A stretch of 64,000 nt of DNA from Macrostomum lignano (GCA_002269645.1 NIVC01003665.1:1-64000); one strand, 5' to 3'. Positions 11,658 to 25,910 are shown, numbered from the stretch's first letter. Made by a program: numbers and translations. The notes: generated by a model from the letters alone, not told the origin.

Positions 11658-13372
11658 CGAGGCCAACTCCTCCTCTGGAGGAGAAAGGGGAAGAATTCCC
11701 ATCACCGGTACTCCATTCCCTGAAATGCCATTCCCTGAATCCCATCATCCAACTCCTCTCCGCGAAACTGAACATCATCGAAATCTTCTCCGTAAAAGAG
11801 AACTCCATCAAACACCTCTCCGTGAAACTGACATTCATCAAAATCCCCTCCGAGAAATAGAAATCCTCTCCACCAAACAGAAATCCTCTCCGTCAAAATT
11901 AAAACATTGAAATCGTCTCCGCTAAACTGGACTCAATCGATTTTTTCCGTCAAACAACTCAACTCTCCAGATTCATTGGTTAGGGTTAGGGTTAGGGTTA
12001 GGGTTAGAACTACGCACAGCTTCGTGTTAAAAGGCACTGATAAAAATATTGAACTAATTGAATCAATTCATTGCGCAACCGATTTCTCAGTCAGTCAGTA
12101 TCAGTCTCAGTTAAAGTTAACAAAAACATTGCGCAATCTAAATCAACCCTCCAATACACAGCAATTTTGAGAACAATTTTTGCAGAAAATTAAAAGCATG
12201 GAAATAGTTTTTTTAAATGCTGTGATTTTTCTTTTCATATTTAAAGATAACAAATTATATCCCCGAACTCAGCGTTGCAAGATCTTTCCAGCAATATAAG
12301 TTTCTCCTATCAAAGTTAGAAACTCGAGCAACAGTTTGCGTTTGAAACTTTCTGATTTAAAGCATTGAAATATCGAGTGTACGTTCACTGCCTGCTAAAG
12401 AGGCTCGCAAGTTTATGCATTGAATTTCAATGTCCAAAACTTCACAGGGCAGCCTATTGAAAGGCACAGATAATAAAACAAATTGATGGCGCAACCGATT
12501 TCACAGTCAGTCAGTATCAGTCTCAGTTCAAGTTAACAAAAAGTTTGCGCAATCTAAATCAACCCTCCAGTACACAGCGCCCGACCCCCTTCCACTACGC
12601 AGTGGCAGTTAGAAATTGAACCCCCAACTGTTGGGGGTCGGTCGAACGCCCATTGAACCCCAAAATGAGTACAATCTTTGCAGAAAGCTAAAAGTCTGGA
12701 AATAGTTTTTTTGATGCTGTGCTTTTAGTTTTTCTATTTAAAGCAAACAATTTATATCCTCGAACTCAGTGTTGCAAGATCTATTCAGCAGTATAAGTCT
12801 CTTCTCTTAACATTTAGAACTCGAAGAGCAGTTAGCGTTTGAAACTGTCTGATTTATAGCATTGAATTGTATCGAGTGTACGTTAACTACCTGCTTGCTA
12901 GCTGATGCATTGAATTTCAATGTCCAACAAATACACAGGGCTGCCCATTGAGAGGCAAGAAAACTTATCAGTAGCCAAATCATTGCGCAATTATCTATAC
13001 AGTCAGCCAGTGAGCCAGGGTCCAAGTGTACACACGCCGCCACTGAGAACGCCCCCATCCCCCACTGGAGAGAAAATACACTGCCGAGATAGGAAAAAGT
13101 TGTTGCGTAATCACTCAAAATTCATGCAAATTTTCAGCTCCGAGCGGAAAGAGAGGACAATTAAGATTATCAAAGGTCAGAATTGCCGTTTTCTGCTTTT
13201 TTAGGGATCTTAAAATGTAAAAATAAAAGATTAAAATAGCCTAAAGCCATCCTCGGAAAATTTGCAGTTTTCCCACATAAGTTTCAACGCTGACTTGCAA
13301 GTATTCTAGGAGGAGATATCCAACAAACACACACACACACAGACAAACAACGCACCAGTTTTAGTATTAAGA
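11658..13372 (-). mobile_element. Helitron-like unit H6 (1715 bp, internal duplication, no CT cassette)
   Basis: 5' TCTTAATACTAAAACTGGTGCGTTGTTTGTCTGTGTG at 13372. Hairpin CTCCTCC-AGA-GGAGGAG at 11667-11683. Confidence 0.7.
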
Positions 13373-13914
13373 AGAGAGAGAGATAGAGATAGAAGAGAGA
13401 GAGATAGAGATAGATAGATATAAGGACAGACAGACAAACATCGCTAGAGTTTTAGTATAAGGAGACGACTAAACAAAAAACTAAGAGAAAGTCATGGACA
13501 AAATGAGATAGAGAGAAAATACGTTAGTTAGGACCCAGTAAAAGACAAAACCAAAATTCCAACTGATTTCTAAAAGATTTCTAGACAGGCTAAACAGGCT
13601 TAGATCGCATGAGCAACACGCACAATGCAGGGAACGCAGCTCATTAGTGCTTTGTATAAAAAACTCAGTGCGTGTTTTCCATTCCTTCCTCGACAGGCCC
13701 CCCGCACCAAAGCTAGACCTGGCGCTATAGCCAACAGACCAACCAAACCTATTTGCTTAACTGTAAAAGTACATTCGACGAGGTTCGACAGACGAGAGAG
13801 AGACAGAGACCAGTGGCAGAAAAATTAGCCCAGCAACCACCATTTGGAATTAGGTATTCCTTGGGGAGGGAGTAAGTTAGGTGGCCAAGGGAGGGATGGA
13901 GAGGATGTCAGATG

Positions 13915-14520
13915 CGCGCAATCCAGCATTCGGGATCTGATCAAGGAGTCCTTTGAAAGACAATCTGGTAGCGTCATGTTCTCATAAGCGTTCATTAATT
14001 TGTGCTGAACTGATTCTCATTTGATAGATGAGAAATCCCGCGAATACTGACTTAGATTTCTCAATGCTTAGTAGATTTCAGTTTTCCAAAATAAAGAGGG
14101 TTTGGCAGTTCTCTATAAAGAAGCTGTGACTCAGAATTTCCTAATCAGCTTAAACATGATGGGAAATTGAGGAAAAATCGAGACTTTCGAGGAAAGATTA
14201 AGAGGCAATCGAGATTTGTCCTTTGAAGGTCTCCTTGATTTGACGCTGGCGCTGCACTTATTGCGGATTCCGACGAATTCCCTACTGGAGGAGCTGACAA
14301 TATACGAGGAGAACTGGGGGAAAATTTCCCAGAAAATCCAGGCATGCTTGATGCGGCTGCATGTTAGCAGCATGGTCGAGCTCGTTAGGATTTCTCCTGT
14401 CCGCGTCGCTCTTGCATGCAGGGGGAAGCTTCTTTTTATCAGTAACTGCAAGACTCGTTTTTTTCTTCTAGCCCTGGCTCGCACAAATTGAGGATGTTGC
14501 GAAGCCGGCTGAGCTGAACT
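13915..14520 (+). mobile_element. Possible decayed LINE APE-endonuclease fragment
   Basis: Only scattered motif resemblance (AQSSIR; EGLAVLYK at 14096-14119, compare GGGVAxLYK) with stops and frameshifts. Confidence 0.2.
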
Positions 14521-14602
14521 CATTCCAAGCCAATTCAGAGCAGTTTGGTACGAAAACCGATTAGAGAAACTTTGTGCTTGTTGGCGGTTGAACTCTACTG
14601 CT

Positions 14603-16123
<1,521 letters not shown>

Positions 16124-16425
16124 CACTCTCTGCGTGCACCAAGTGCACCTGTGATTAACACGATCGTGCCTGACTATGCTGCACAATTCCCGGGCTATCC
16201 TCATTAAAAAATCCCGGAAACTCCGTGGCAATTTATGTTTAGTCTATATCGGCTTGCTGGGTAATTTGGCTTCGGCGAAAAACTCTGGGCAGCTATACCT
16301 AAATCCTCACAGCAACCGAGCCCACGGACAACTGAAGCAGAAGGAAACCTCACTCGCAAGTCATGCAATTTTCACTGGTGGCCGGGTTTTGCTACAGAAT
16401 GTATTGGAATTAAGTTCCCAATATC

Positions 16426-16488
<63 letters not shown>
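16426..16488. repeat. (GATA)n microsatellite
   Basis: Direct reading. Confidence 0.95.
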
Positions 16489-16489
<1 letters not shown>

Positions 16490-17104
16490 AATGTCAAATA
16501 CTTTTTGCCGGGGGGACTGTAAAGCAATTATCTCTTATTCGAAAAAAGAAGAGCAAAGATAAGGGCAAATTGGTCTCATAGCGACAGCAGCAGTTTCTGG
16601 TGGATCATGTCATCAATCACATGCCGTCTGTCTGCAGCCCTGTTTCGAGGCGAGTGCAATTTCGCCAAGAAAGTCTGTCGACTCCAGCCTCTTCAGCGAC
16701 AACCCTCCCCAGCCCGTACTCGCATCTCAGTGATAAATGTGTACTATTTAGCGGCTAAATTACTATAATTAAGGGCCCACCCCCCCTTCCATCCGGCATT
16801 TTTTGCATTTTTCTCTGCGTTCCAACAAAGCGATGTTTGCTTGGCGCAGACGGGGTGCAAAGATGCGTGAAGTTTATGCTCGTACAACTAGGCGCAGGCC
16901 TGTGCTGTGAAGCCATGACTTTTCGAATTGTGCTGCATTTGAGAGATGCTGCCTGTTTCGAATAGCTAAGTTCTTATATAGTTGGCTCATGCTTAAAATT
17001 TACATGTAGCAAAAAATTGCATAAAATTGCAAATTCAGGCTCAATATGTACCAGCTCTCATAGTAAACTGAATCTACTTTGAATAATTTAGCCATTTAGA
17101 AGCT

Positions 17105-17250
17105 GGGGCGTCGCCACGGGGGGGACAGGGGGGACATGCCCCCTCCCCAGTTATGGGGGGACATGCCCCCTCCCCAGTTATGGGGGGACATGCACCCTCC
17201 CCAGTTATGGGGGGACATGCCCCCTCCCCAGTTATGGGGGGACATGCCAA
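17105..17250. repeat. 27-bp G/C-run minisatellite GGGACATGCCCCCTCCCCAGTTATGGG x~4
   Basis: Unit starts at 17131 and 17158; preceded by GGGGCGTCGCCACGGGGGGG. Confidence 0.9.
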
Positions 17251-17311
17251 TGCTTTTTAACCCGCACTCCACCTTGTGATCCGTTGTGGAAATTAATAAT
17301 TTTTCCTCAGG

Positions 17312-17582
17312 GTGCTAAAATGAGTGCCCGCGGCGCCAAAATGAGTGCCCGCGGCGCCAAAATGAGTGCCCGCGGCGCCAAAATGAGTGCCCGCGGGGCC
17401 AAAATGAGTGCCCGCGGCGCCAAAATGTGTGCCCGCGGCGCCAAAATGAGTGCCCGCGGCGCCAAAATGAGTGCCCGCGGCGCCAAAATGAGTGCCCGCG
17501 GCGCCAAAATGAGTGCCCGCGGCGCCAAAATGAGGGCCTGCGGCGCCAAAATGAGTGCCTGCGGCGCCAAAATGAGTGCTGA
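17312..17582. repeat. 21-bp CpG-rich minisatellite AAAATGAGTGCCCGCGGCGCC x~13
   Basis: Direct reading; explains the (MSARGAK)n ORFs. Confidence 0.95.
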
Positions 17583-18065
17583 CAACACCGATTCTTAAAA
17601 TAATGGATATGTAGGAATTTAGTCATGTACATGTACATGTTGAATTATCTTGGCTTTGTCCCTCCTCACCATTAAATCCATGGCGATGCCCCTGTTAAGA
17701 AGTGAAGGAATAAGTAAATGAGTGAGTGAGTGAACAAGTGACATGACCACTGTAGTATAACGTAGCGTAGAACTCAAAGATCGTGTATTTTGGACGGCAA
17801 TCTCGTGGAAAAATACACTGCGGAGACTGAAAAAATCTATGATTGCATTTGATCTGGGGCAAATAGTGAATGATGATCGCATTTGTGAAGAATCGAAACA
17901 GTGAGTTATTAATTGAGTGAATTCAGTCATGCTTCATTGAATCAGTCATTTAGTCATCCACGAATGAGTCAGAGGATCGATTGAAGGTATAAAAGAAGGT
18001 TACATTGCCAGGTCTTAGTAGAGAAAGAAAACTATTTAAAAAAGTTCACTTGAGTCCATTTCGTT

Positions 18066-18420
18066 TTTTTTTTAGAGGCAGGGGGTTGTGTGCACCCTGG
18101 CGCAATTTAAGCGTCATTGGCACACAACCGGCGAGAGGCATTACTGCCCATTCCGCCGACTCCCCTGAGCAGGCACACAAGCGCGCGGATACGTACGCAG
18201 GCACACACTCACACAGGAGTGTACAGCGGCCCTAACTTTATCAATTGTTAGGCATGTACACTTCACTGCGCCTTGGGGGGTTGGCTCTCAAGGCCGTTAA
18301 TTGCACAAGCGAGCCAAGCCAAGATTCCAATCCAGCCCCAAATTAATGTGGCTGCACTTGGAATCGAGCCTGGGTCGCGGCACACCAGAGCAGCTGCGCT
18401 ACCGCTGGGCTACGGCCCCC
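18066..18420 (-). mobile_element. tRNA-derived SINE, apparently full length
   Basis: Minus-strand head GGGGCCG-TAGCCCAGCGGTAGCGC (A box) and GGCTCGATTCC (B box, one mismatch). A-rich tail (T run at 18064-18073). Direct repeat GTCCATTTCGTT at 18054-18065 and 18423-18434. Confidence 0.8.
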
Positions 18421-19409
18421 CTGTCCATTTCGTTAAGTTCGTTTGAATCATTTATCTTTCTCTTTGACCTCGTTGAATAAGTAATGAGCCTATAAGGCTT
18501 TTATTACTGTTCTCAAATCAGTGGAACACTTGCGTGTCAGAGCGCACTTCACTCTGGGCCACTCAAAGGCAGCTCCCTAATTTTCCTTCCTGTGTTAGTT
18601 AAAAAACGTACGCTAACTAACCAACCCTCAGCTAGACGCAGCTTCGAGCGTACAGTACACAGTTGACTTATTGCTTTTCAATAAGCGAAGCTTTTCCATG
18701 TCGGTGGTGCTTCTATATTTAACGAGCTCTGCAAGTTTCCTTCCTGAAGTGAAAAATCATTGCCCCCCCCCCCCTGTTGTTCCGATTACGGGTCTAGTAG
18801 TAGTCCGTAAATTGTACCTACATGTAATTATTGCCTTTAGCTGAAACAGTTTCTTTTGAAGTATAGAAACGCAGGCGCACAAATTGTTGACAACAAAAAT
18901 GGTTTGTGTCGAGAATCAAGGTCAGTACAGCCTTACCCTCATGCAACCAGCATTGATTCAGGTAAGTTATGCCAACTCTCATTCATGCGGTCGTAAAAAA
19001 TATGTACTCTCCTCTTCAGACATGTGCATGTAGAGAAAATAATAAGAATAAAAAAACTAGAACTAAATTAGATGTTAAATTGAATACTAAGAGGAGCCAG
19101 TATGTGGGCACAAGACCCAAACCGATATATTTATATGACATTAAATTGCAGGGGGTTGAATTGAAGATAACAAAGAGAGGGGTGGAGTGCGCGACTAAAG
19201 AGAGAGGTGAGAATGGAGAGCCAATCAGAAGGCAGCAAGGGAGAGAGAGATAAGAATAGCAAGATTGAGCTAGACAGAGAGAGAAAACAGAGTAAACAGA
19301 GACAAGTGAAGGTGAACTAAGAAATGAATAGGAAAGTCGCGACAGTGCACACATATTTCAAAGAATTTATTGACCTTCGTGGACGAAGTGAACCCTGCCA
19401 ACCGCCGAT

Positions 19410-19500
19410 TAGAAAGTCAGGATCCCTGTACACCCTTTGTGAGCGTGTGTGTGTGTGCATGCCTGCGTAAAGTGTTGGGAGAGTTGCTACGGCACGCTTT
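19410..19500 (+). mobile_element. SINE core fragment (same family)
   Basis: CTGTACACCC..TGTGAGCGTGTGTGTG..TGCCTGCGTA matches the reverse complement of the SINE body at 18190-18230 and 44810-44860. Confidence 0.55.
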
Positions 19501-20311
19501 GAACATCTAGCTCGTATCCACGTAGAACTTTAGGCCAAGCTGAAAAGTTCAGTAGTAAAAGTAAAGTACATTTAAACTATAAGTGCCATATTTTCGACGC
19601 AATATTGAATAATAAATTATTCACGTTCTGCAGGGAGCGTTCGGGCCAGCATCGATTCAACGAGTTTTCTTTTTGGCGGCCGATGGCAAGTGCTTTGGTT
19701 GCGACCATAAAAAGGCATTCCTTTATTAGCTCGTATATCTCTCTAGATAGATTCCAGTCCGCGTGTTGAGAGACTTTGTCGCCCTGCTCATAAATCAATA
19801 AGTCTGGGCGGTGGGAGATCGTTGTCCAGTGAAGTTTTCCCTCTCCCCCCCCCCCAGTAGCACTCGGGGCACTTTTACCCTGATCTGAATGTATAAAGAA
19901 GCATTAGTTAATATTCTCGCTAAACTATAGCTATTGAATATATTCTACAGGACAACTTGCTTAACTGATACACGCCAATCATCTGTCCAAGTCCCCGTTC
20001 GACTCAAAACTTCTTTTGCCAAAGCTTTGCCCCATTATTAAGGATGCTTCATGTAGAAGTGTTTTCGATGTCAAAAAACTACTTCAAGTACAAATTAAAT
20101 TATACTCAAACAGCGCATTCTCACTCATCACTCTATCTAAGCTTCCTAGTTTTCTCTTCTCTGCAACCATTAGCTTTTTCTCCACCCAATGAAAGATTTA
20201 GCAGGACAGTGCCATCCAATCGTGGGTCCGTTTCACGCAACTGATGCATGTCAGTGTTCCCATTGGAAAGAGAGGTTGACGAGGGGATGGCACTGGAAGG
20301 CGTACGCACTG

Positions 20312-20321
20312 GCGCATGCGC
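20312..20321. promoter_or_regulatory. GCGCATGCGC palindrome (NRF1-type motif) ~190 bp upstream of stomatin ATG
   Basis: Motif seen directly; function inferred only. Confidence 0.25.
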
Positions 20322-20503
20322 TGTGGGTAGAGATTCAACGGGAAAAAAATAGCACCCTCTGCCTTCGTCCCGTTCCCCGCCGCTCCCGCCAACCCCAATC
20401 CCGCTTGGAGGCATGCTATTAGAAGACTAGACCAAGGATTAGTACCAATGAAGAGGGCTGCAGGGGCGGAGAGCAATTCAAGTAGCCGGTCGGTCAGAAC
20501 CAG

Positions 20504-21802
20504 ATGGCCAAAGGAGTTAGCTTCAGCTCTGACACTCGCTTCAGATCGAAGCTAGCCCAGAACCCGAACGAGGAGAGCGAAGGCAGCGAGTCTGACGACG
20601 AGAGCGAGCCAGACGATTCAGAAGAGGAGGCGGCGGCAGCGGCGGCCGCTGCCGCAGCAGCCGAGAAGCTTCATTCAAAAAAGCAGCAGAAAAAGAAATC
20701 GAAGCATAAACCGGACGATCCAGCAAAGAAACACCTTCGATCCTCGTCGCAGCGACATCAGCAGCACAAAGTGCAGCGAAGTTTCTCTCTGGTACCAGAA
20801 AGACTTGGCCGCGGCGGCCTTGGCGGTTCGATGCAAACCCAGCGGCACATGCAAATCTGCGAGGCGGTCATGAAGGTCCTGATCCTCGCTTTGATTGCCG
20901 TCACCTTTCCGTTCTCGTTCATCTTCTGTCTGAGAGTGATTGCGCAATACGAACGGGCTGTCATTCTTCGTTTCGGTCGGATTTTGAGCCCGGAAGCGAC
21001 CGGGCCGGGCCTCATCTTCACCATGCCCTGCATGGACAGCGTGAAGCGAGTCGACCTCAGAACGATGACGTTCGACGTGCCTACACAGGAGGTTCTGACC
21101 AAAGACTCGGTGACTGTGGCCGTAGACGCCGTGGTCTACTATCGGATATTCGACCCAGTCATGTCCGTGGTCAACGTTGAAGATTCCAATCGCTCAACGA
21201 AGCTGTTAGCGCAGACGACGCTGCGCAACGTTCTCGGCACGGTGAGTCTGTACGAACTGCTGGCCGGCCGAGACGAATCCGCCATGGTCATGCAGGAGAC
21301 TCTCGACGCCGCTACAGACACTTGGGGCGTTAAAGTTGAACGCGTCGAGATCAAGGACGTCAGACTGCCAACGCAGCTTCAACGAGCGATGGCAGCCGAG
21401 GCGGAAGCTGCGCGAGAGGCCCGAGCCAAGGTCATCGCGGCCGAAGGCGAGGAGAAAGCCAGCAAAGCGTTGAAAGCCGCCGCTATTGAGCTGTCCGAAT
21501 GCAACGTTGCCCTGCAGCTGCGCTACCTGCAGACTCTGAGCAGCATCTCGGCTGAGAAGAATTCCACAATCATCTTCCCGCTACCGATTGAGCTATTGAA
21601 GTACTTTCAACAGCAGTCTGCGGACATTGGCGAACCGGATGAATTTGTCGGGCAGGGCGACGAGCCGAAGCCTGGAGGTCCTGACGACGCGGAAACTGGG
21701 GCATCAGCCGACAACCAGAAACTGCCGCCCCCTCCGTCCTATCCGACAATGAGTCGAGGCCCAGATAGCGGCTCCAAGACCAGCTTCGGGTCCGGCTGTT
21801 GA
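20504..21802 (+). CDS. stom: Stomatin / band-7 (SPFH) family membrane protein, single-exon ORF, 432 aa
   Basis: Hydrophobic hairpin with Pro (LIAVTFPFSFIFCL), then QYERAVILRFGR, GPGLIFTMPCMD, VDLRTMTFDVPTQEVLTKDSVTVAVDAVVYYRI, LAQTTLRNVLG, WGVKVERVEIKDVRLP, RAMAAEAEAAREARAKVIAAEGE and ALQLRYLQTL...AEKNSTIIFPLP, all canonical stomatin motifs. Confidence 0.97.
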   Translation: MAKGVSFSSDTRFRSKLAQNPNEESEGSESDDESEPDDSEEEAAAAAAAAAAAEKLHSKKQQKKKSKHKPDDPAKKHLRSSSQRHQQHKVQRSFSLVPERLGRGGLGGSMQTQRHMQICEAVMKVLILALIAVTFPFSFIFCLRVIAQYERAVILRFGRILSPEATGPGLIFTMPCMDSVKRVDLRTMTFDVPTQEVLTKDSVTVAVDAVVYYRIFDPVMSVVNVEDSNRSTKLLAQTTLRNVLGTVSLYELLAGRDESAMVMQETLDAATDTWGVKVERVEIKDVRLPTQLQRAMAAEAEAAREARAKVIAAEGEEKASKALKAAAIELSECNVALQLRYLQTLSSISAEKNSTIIFPLPIELLKYFQQQSADIGEPDEFVGQGDEPKPGGPDDAETGASADNQKLPPPPSYPTMSRGPDSGSKTSFGSGC

Positions 21803-22153
21803 AGGTCGTTGCGATCAACTGTCGAACAAACTTTGACAACGTTTGTAGCAGAGACACTGGGAGCGTTCTTCATCTCTGAGTCTCTCTTCATGTGCGATTA
21901 TTTTCCCAGAGGCATCGAACCGCATCAACGTGTATTTTTGTATTGTTCTATCGCATCTATTATCTGGGTTAATGTAGCTTTTTACAGCATAGTTAGGCCA
22001 CAGTTCTGTGGTTAGGCCGGCACCATAGATGGAGAATTGAATTTGTCTATGGTTAAAATGTCCTTGGTCGCAATGACAGACTTTGCGAGCGCGTCTGCTT
22101 GGATTAAATTCAGTGTAACTGTATCTTTATGATCGTGTTTTATTCTCTTTTAA

Positions 22154-22159
22154 AATAAA
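22154..22159 (+). promoter_or_regulatory. Candidate polyadenylation signal AATAAA for stomatin
   Basis: AATAAA ~350 nt after the stop codon, followed by T/GT-rich sequence. Confidence 0.4.
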
Positions 22160-23210
22160 TTTACGTCTATTTGGCATATTACGAGTATTTGATGTGTCCA
22201 GTTGAATTCTCGTCAGTCTGTACTTTCTCAGCTCTGCTCTGCGTGAAATTGGCCTAATAATTCGGCATTGAATTAATTTTATTTCCATTGTCTAATGCTT
22301 ATCGACTCGTCTAATTTCACCACGCGATAAAAAAATAAATTTCCAGCGCCTATACTCCTGCATAGCTATTCGATTCGTCTGTAAAAAACCTGTATTATTA
22401 AACCATTCGCGTTATTTTTAACAAAATACTTATATCAATATAAGTTATACCTACTATACATTTACAACAGATAGCATTATTGTTAATTATGTATCCAAAC
22501 TAGACACGCAATATACAATAAACGCAAGATGAAAAATGCACACATGATTTATAGACGAATCTTCTTGGTGTTTGACTGCACTAGCATCACTTTTCATAGA
22601 AAACTGGAGTAGAGGGGCGCTGTGCTCCAGTTTCTTGGAGAAAACTTGAGGCCAGTAAGGTTATGCATATTTTTCTATTATCTACGTAAATTTTCTTAGA
22701 AATTAGCTCTGTTCCAAACTGGCCTTCAGCTTTTTTTCTAATAAAATCAAGTCTAGCATCATTCTACTTCAGTTGTTCATCCATCTCTCTGAACTAGAGT
22801 TCCGGTAAGCATGGGTTGATTGACTGTTCATTCTAAAAATAGATCTCTCTATAGCCTCTTTTGTCTTCGCAGTGTCGCCGTTCCCAACCATTGTGCCTCA
22901 TGCAGTTCTTCCCCTTTCGCCATCATCTATTTCCAACTCTCTAGTGCTCTACACAATCTACCCCTGGCAGAGTGAAGTCAGAGAAGAATAAAAGAGGAAA
23001 GTTGTTCAGTAGAGAGAGGGAGCGGGAAGAAGCTTTCCCGTCCTCATTTTATTGATTGCTTCGATTGCAGTCACCTGACGCGCTGTTCTGAAAGGCTCTG
23101 AGTTGGGTGGAGTAAAACCCATAGTGCTTCTTTACATTTGGTTGCTTTTGTTCTGGGTTCATGACTTGAGCCTGTTTTTAGCTGCTTCCGTATCAAAATA
23201 CGTACATAGA

Positions 23211-23848
23211 GTGTCAGAGCCATCTCTTTGGGTGTCAGGGCATCTCTTTGGGTGTCAGGGCATCTCTTTGGGTGTCAGGGCATCTCTTTGGGTGTCAGGG
23301 CATCTCTTTGGGTGTCAGGGCATCTCTTTGAGTATCAGAGCCATCTCTTTGGGTGTCAGGGCATCTCTTTGGGTGTCAGGGCATCTCTTTGAATGTCAGA
23401 GGCATCTCTTTGGGTGTCAGGGCATCTCTTTGGGTGTCAGGGCATCTCTTTGGGTGTCAGGGCATCTCTTTGGGTGTCAGAAGCATCGCTTTGGGTGTCA
23501 GGGCATCTCTTTGGGTGTCGGAAGCATCGCTTTGGGTGTCAGGGCATCTCTTTGGGTGTCAGGGCATCTCTTTGGGTGTCAGGGCATCTCTTTGGGTGTC
23601 AGGGCATCTCTTTGGGTGTCAGGGCATCTCTTTGGGTGTCAGGGCATCTCTTTGGGTGTCAGGGCATCTCTTTGGGTGTCAGGGCCATCTCTTTGGGTGT
23701 CAGGGCATCTCTTTGGGTGTCAGGGCATCTCTTTGGGTGTCAGGGCATCTCTTTGGGTGTCAGAAGCATCGCTTTGAATGTCAGAAGCATCGCTTTGAAT
23801 TTCAGAAGCATCGCTTTGAATGTCAGAAGCGTCGCTTTGAATGTCAAG
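23211..23848. repeat. 20-bp minisatellite GGGTGTCAGGGCATCTCTTT
   Basis: Direct reading, ~30 copies with GAAGCATCGC variants. Confidence 0.97.
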
Positions 23849-24470
23849 GAGTGAGTTTAAGGAGGGAATCAGGAGCCGTATACACTTAGGACTGCTACCT
23901 AAATGAAGCCCTTCCTCCCAGAATCCCTTAAAAATCCATCCTTGGTCTGCATTGTCTATTGCAACTGGCAAAACATCTAAAAAATATGATAGCATTTATG
24001 AATAAATATCTGTGTTTATTACCCCAAAACTGAACAGCTTAATGTAATGGTTGCAGCCTTAGTCTGCATACAATGCTTGCATCAAATGCAGATTCAATAG
24101 CATCAACCAGGATCAACTGCATGCCTCATAAACTGAATAGCGCAACCTGGGGATATGGGCAGCTTTAATAATTAATGACTGCCAAACCGACCCCATGCAA
24201 GTTGAGCGTCCGCTGCCTTCAACCAGCCAGACCAGTTGACTAACTTTAATTTCAACTCACTCCTGTTCCAAAGGTTGCTTCGATGCAGAAGGGTTGCTTG
24301 GTAAGGTTTCACTGATTCCACTGCGTTGCTTATTACTCGTAAATTCGATATAGGAAAAAGGCAATTCAAGTCTAGTTTAGTTTCTGTCCACGTTAAATTT
24401 CAGTTAAACCGGTGCACTTTACTGATCTTGGGCTAAATTTAGGCAAAAAATACAGATTTCTCTGTTCACT

Positions 24471-25910
<1,440 letters not shown>

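Noticed and set aside
20488-20506. CAG|ATG as a cis- or trans-splice acceptor at the stomatin start
   Set aside because: There is no polypyrimidine tract or branch point, so it cannot be supported without transcripts.
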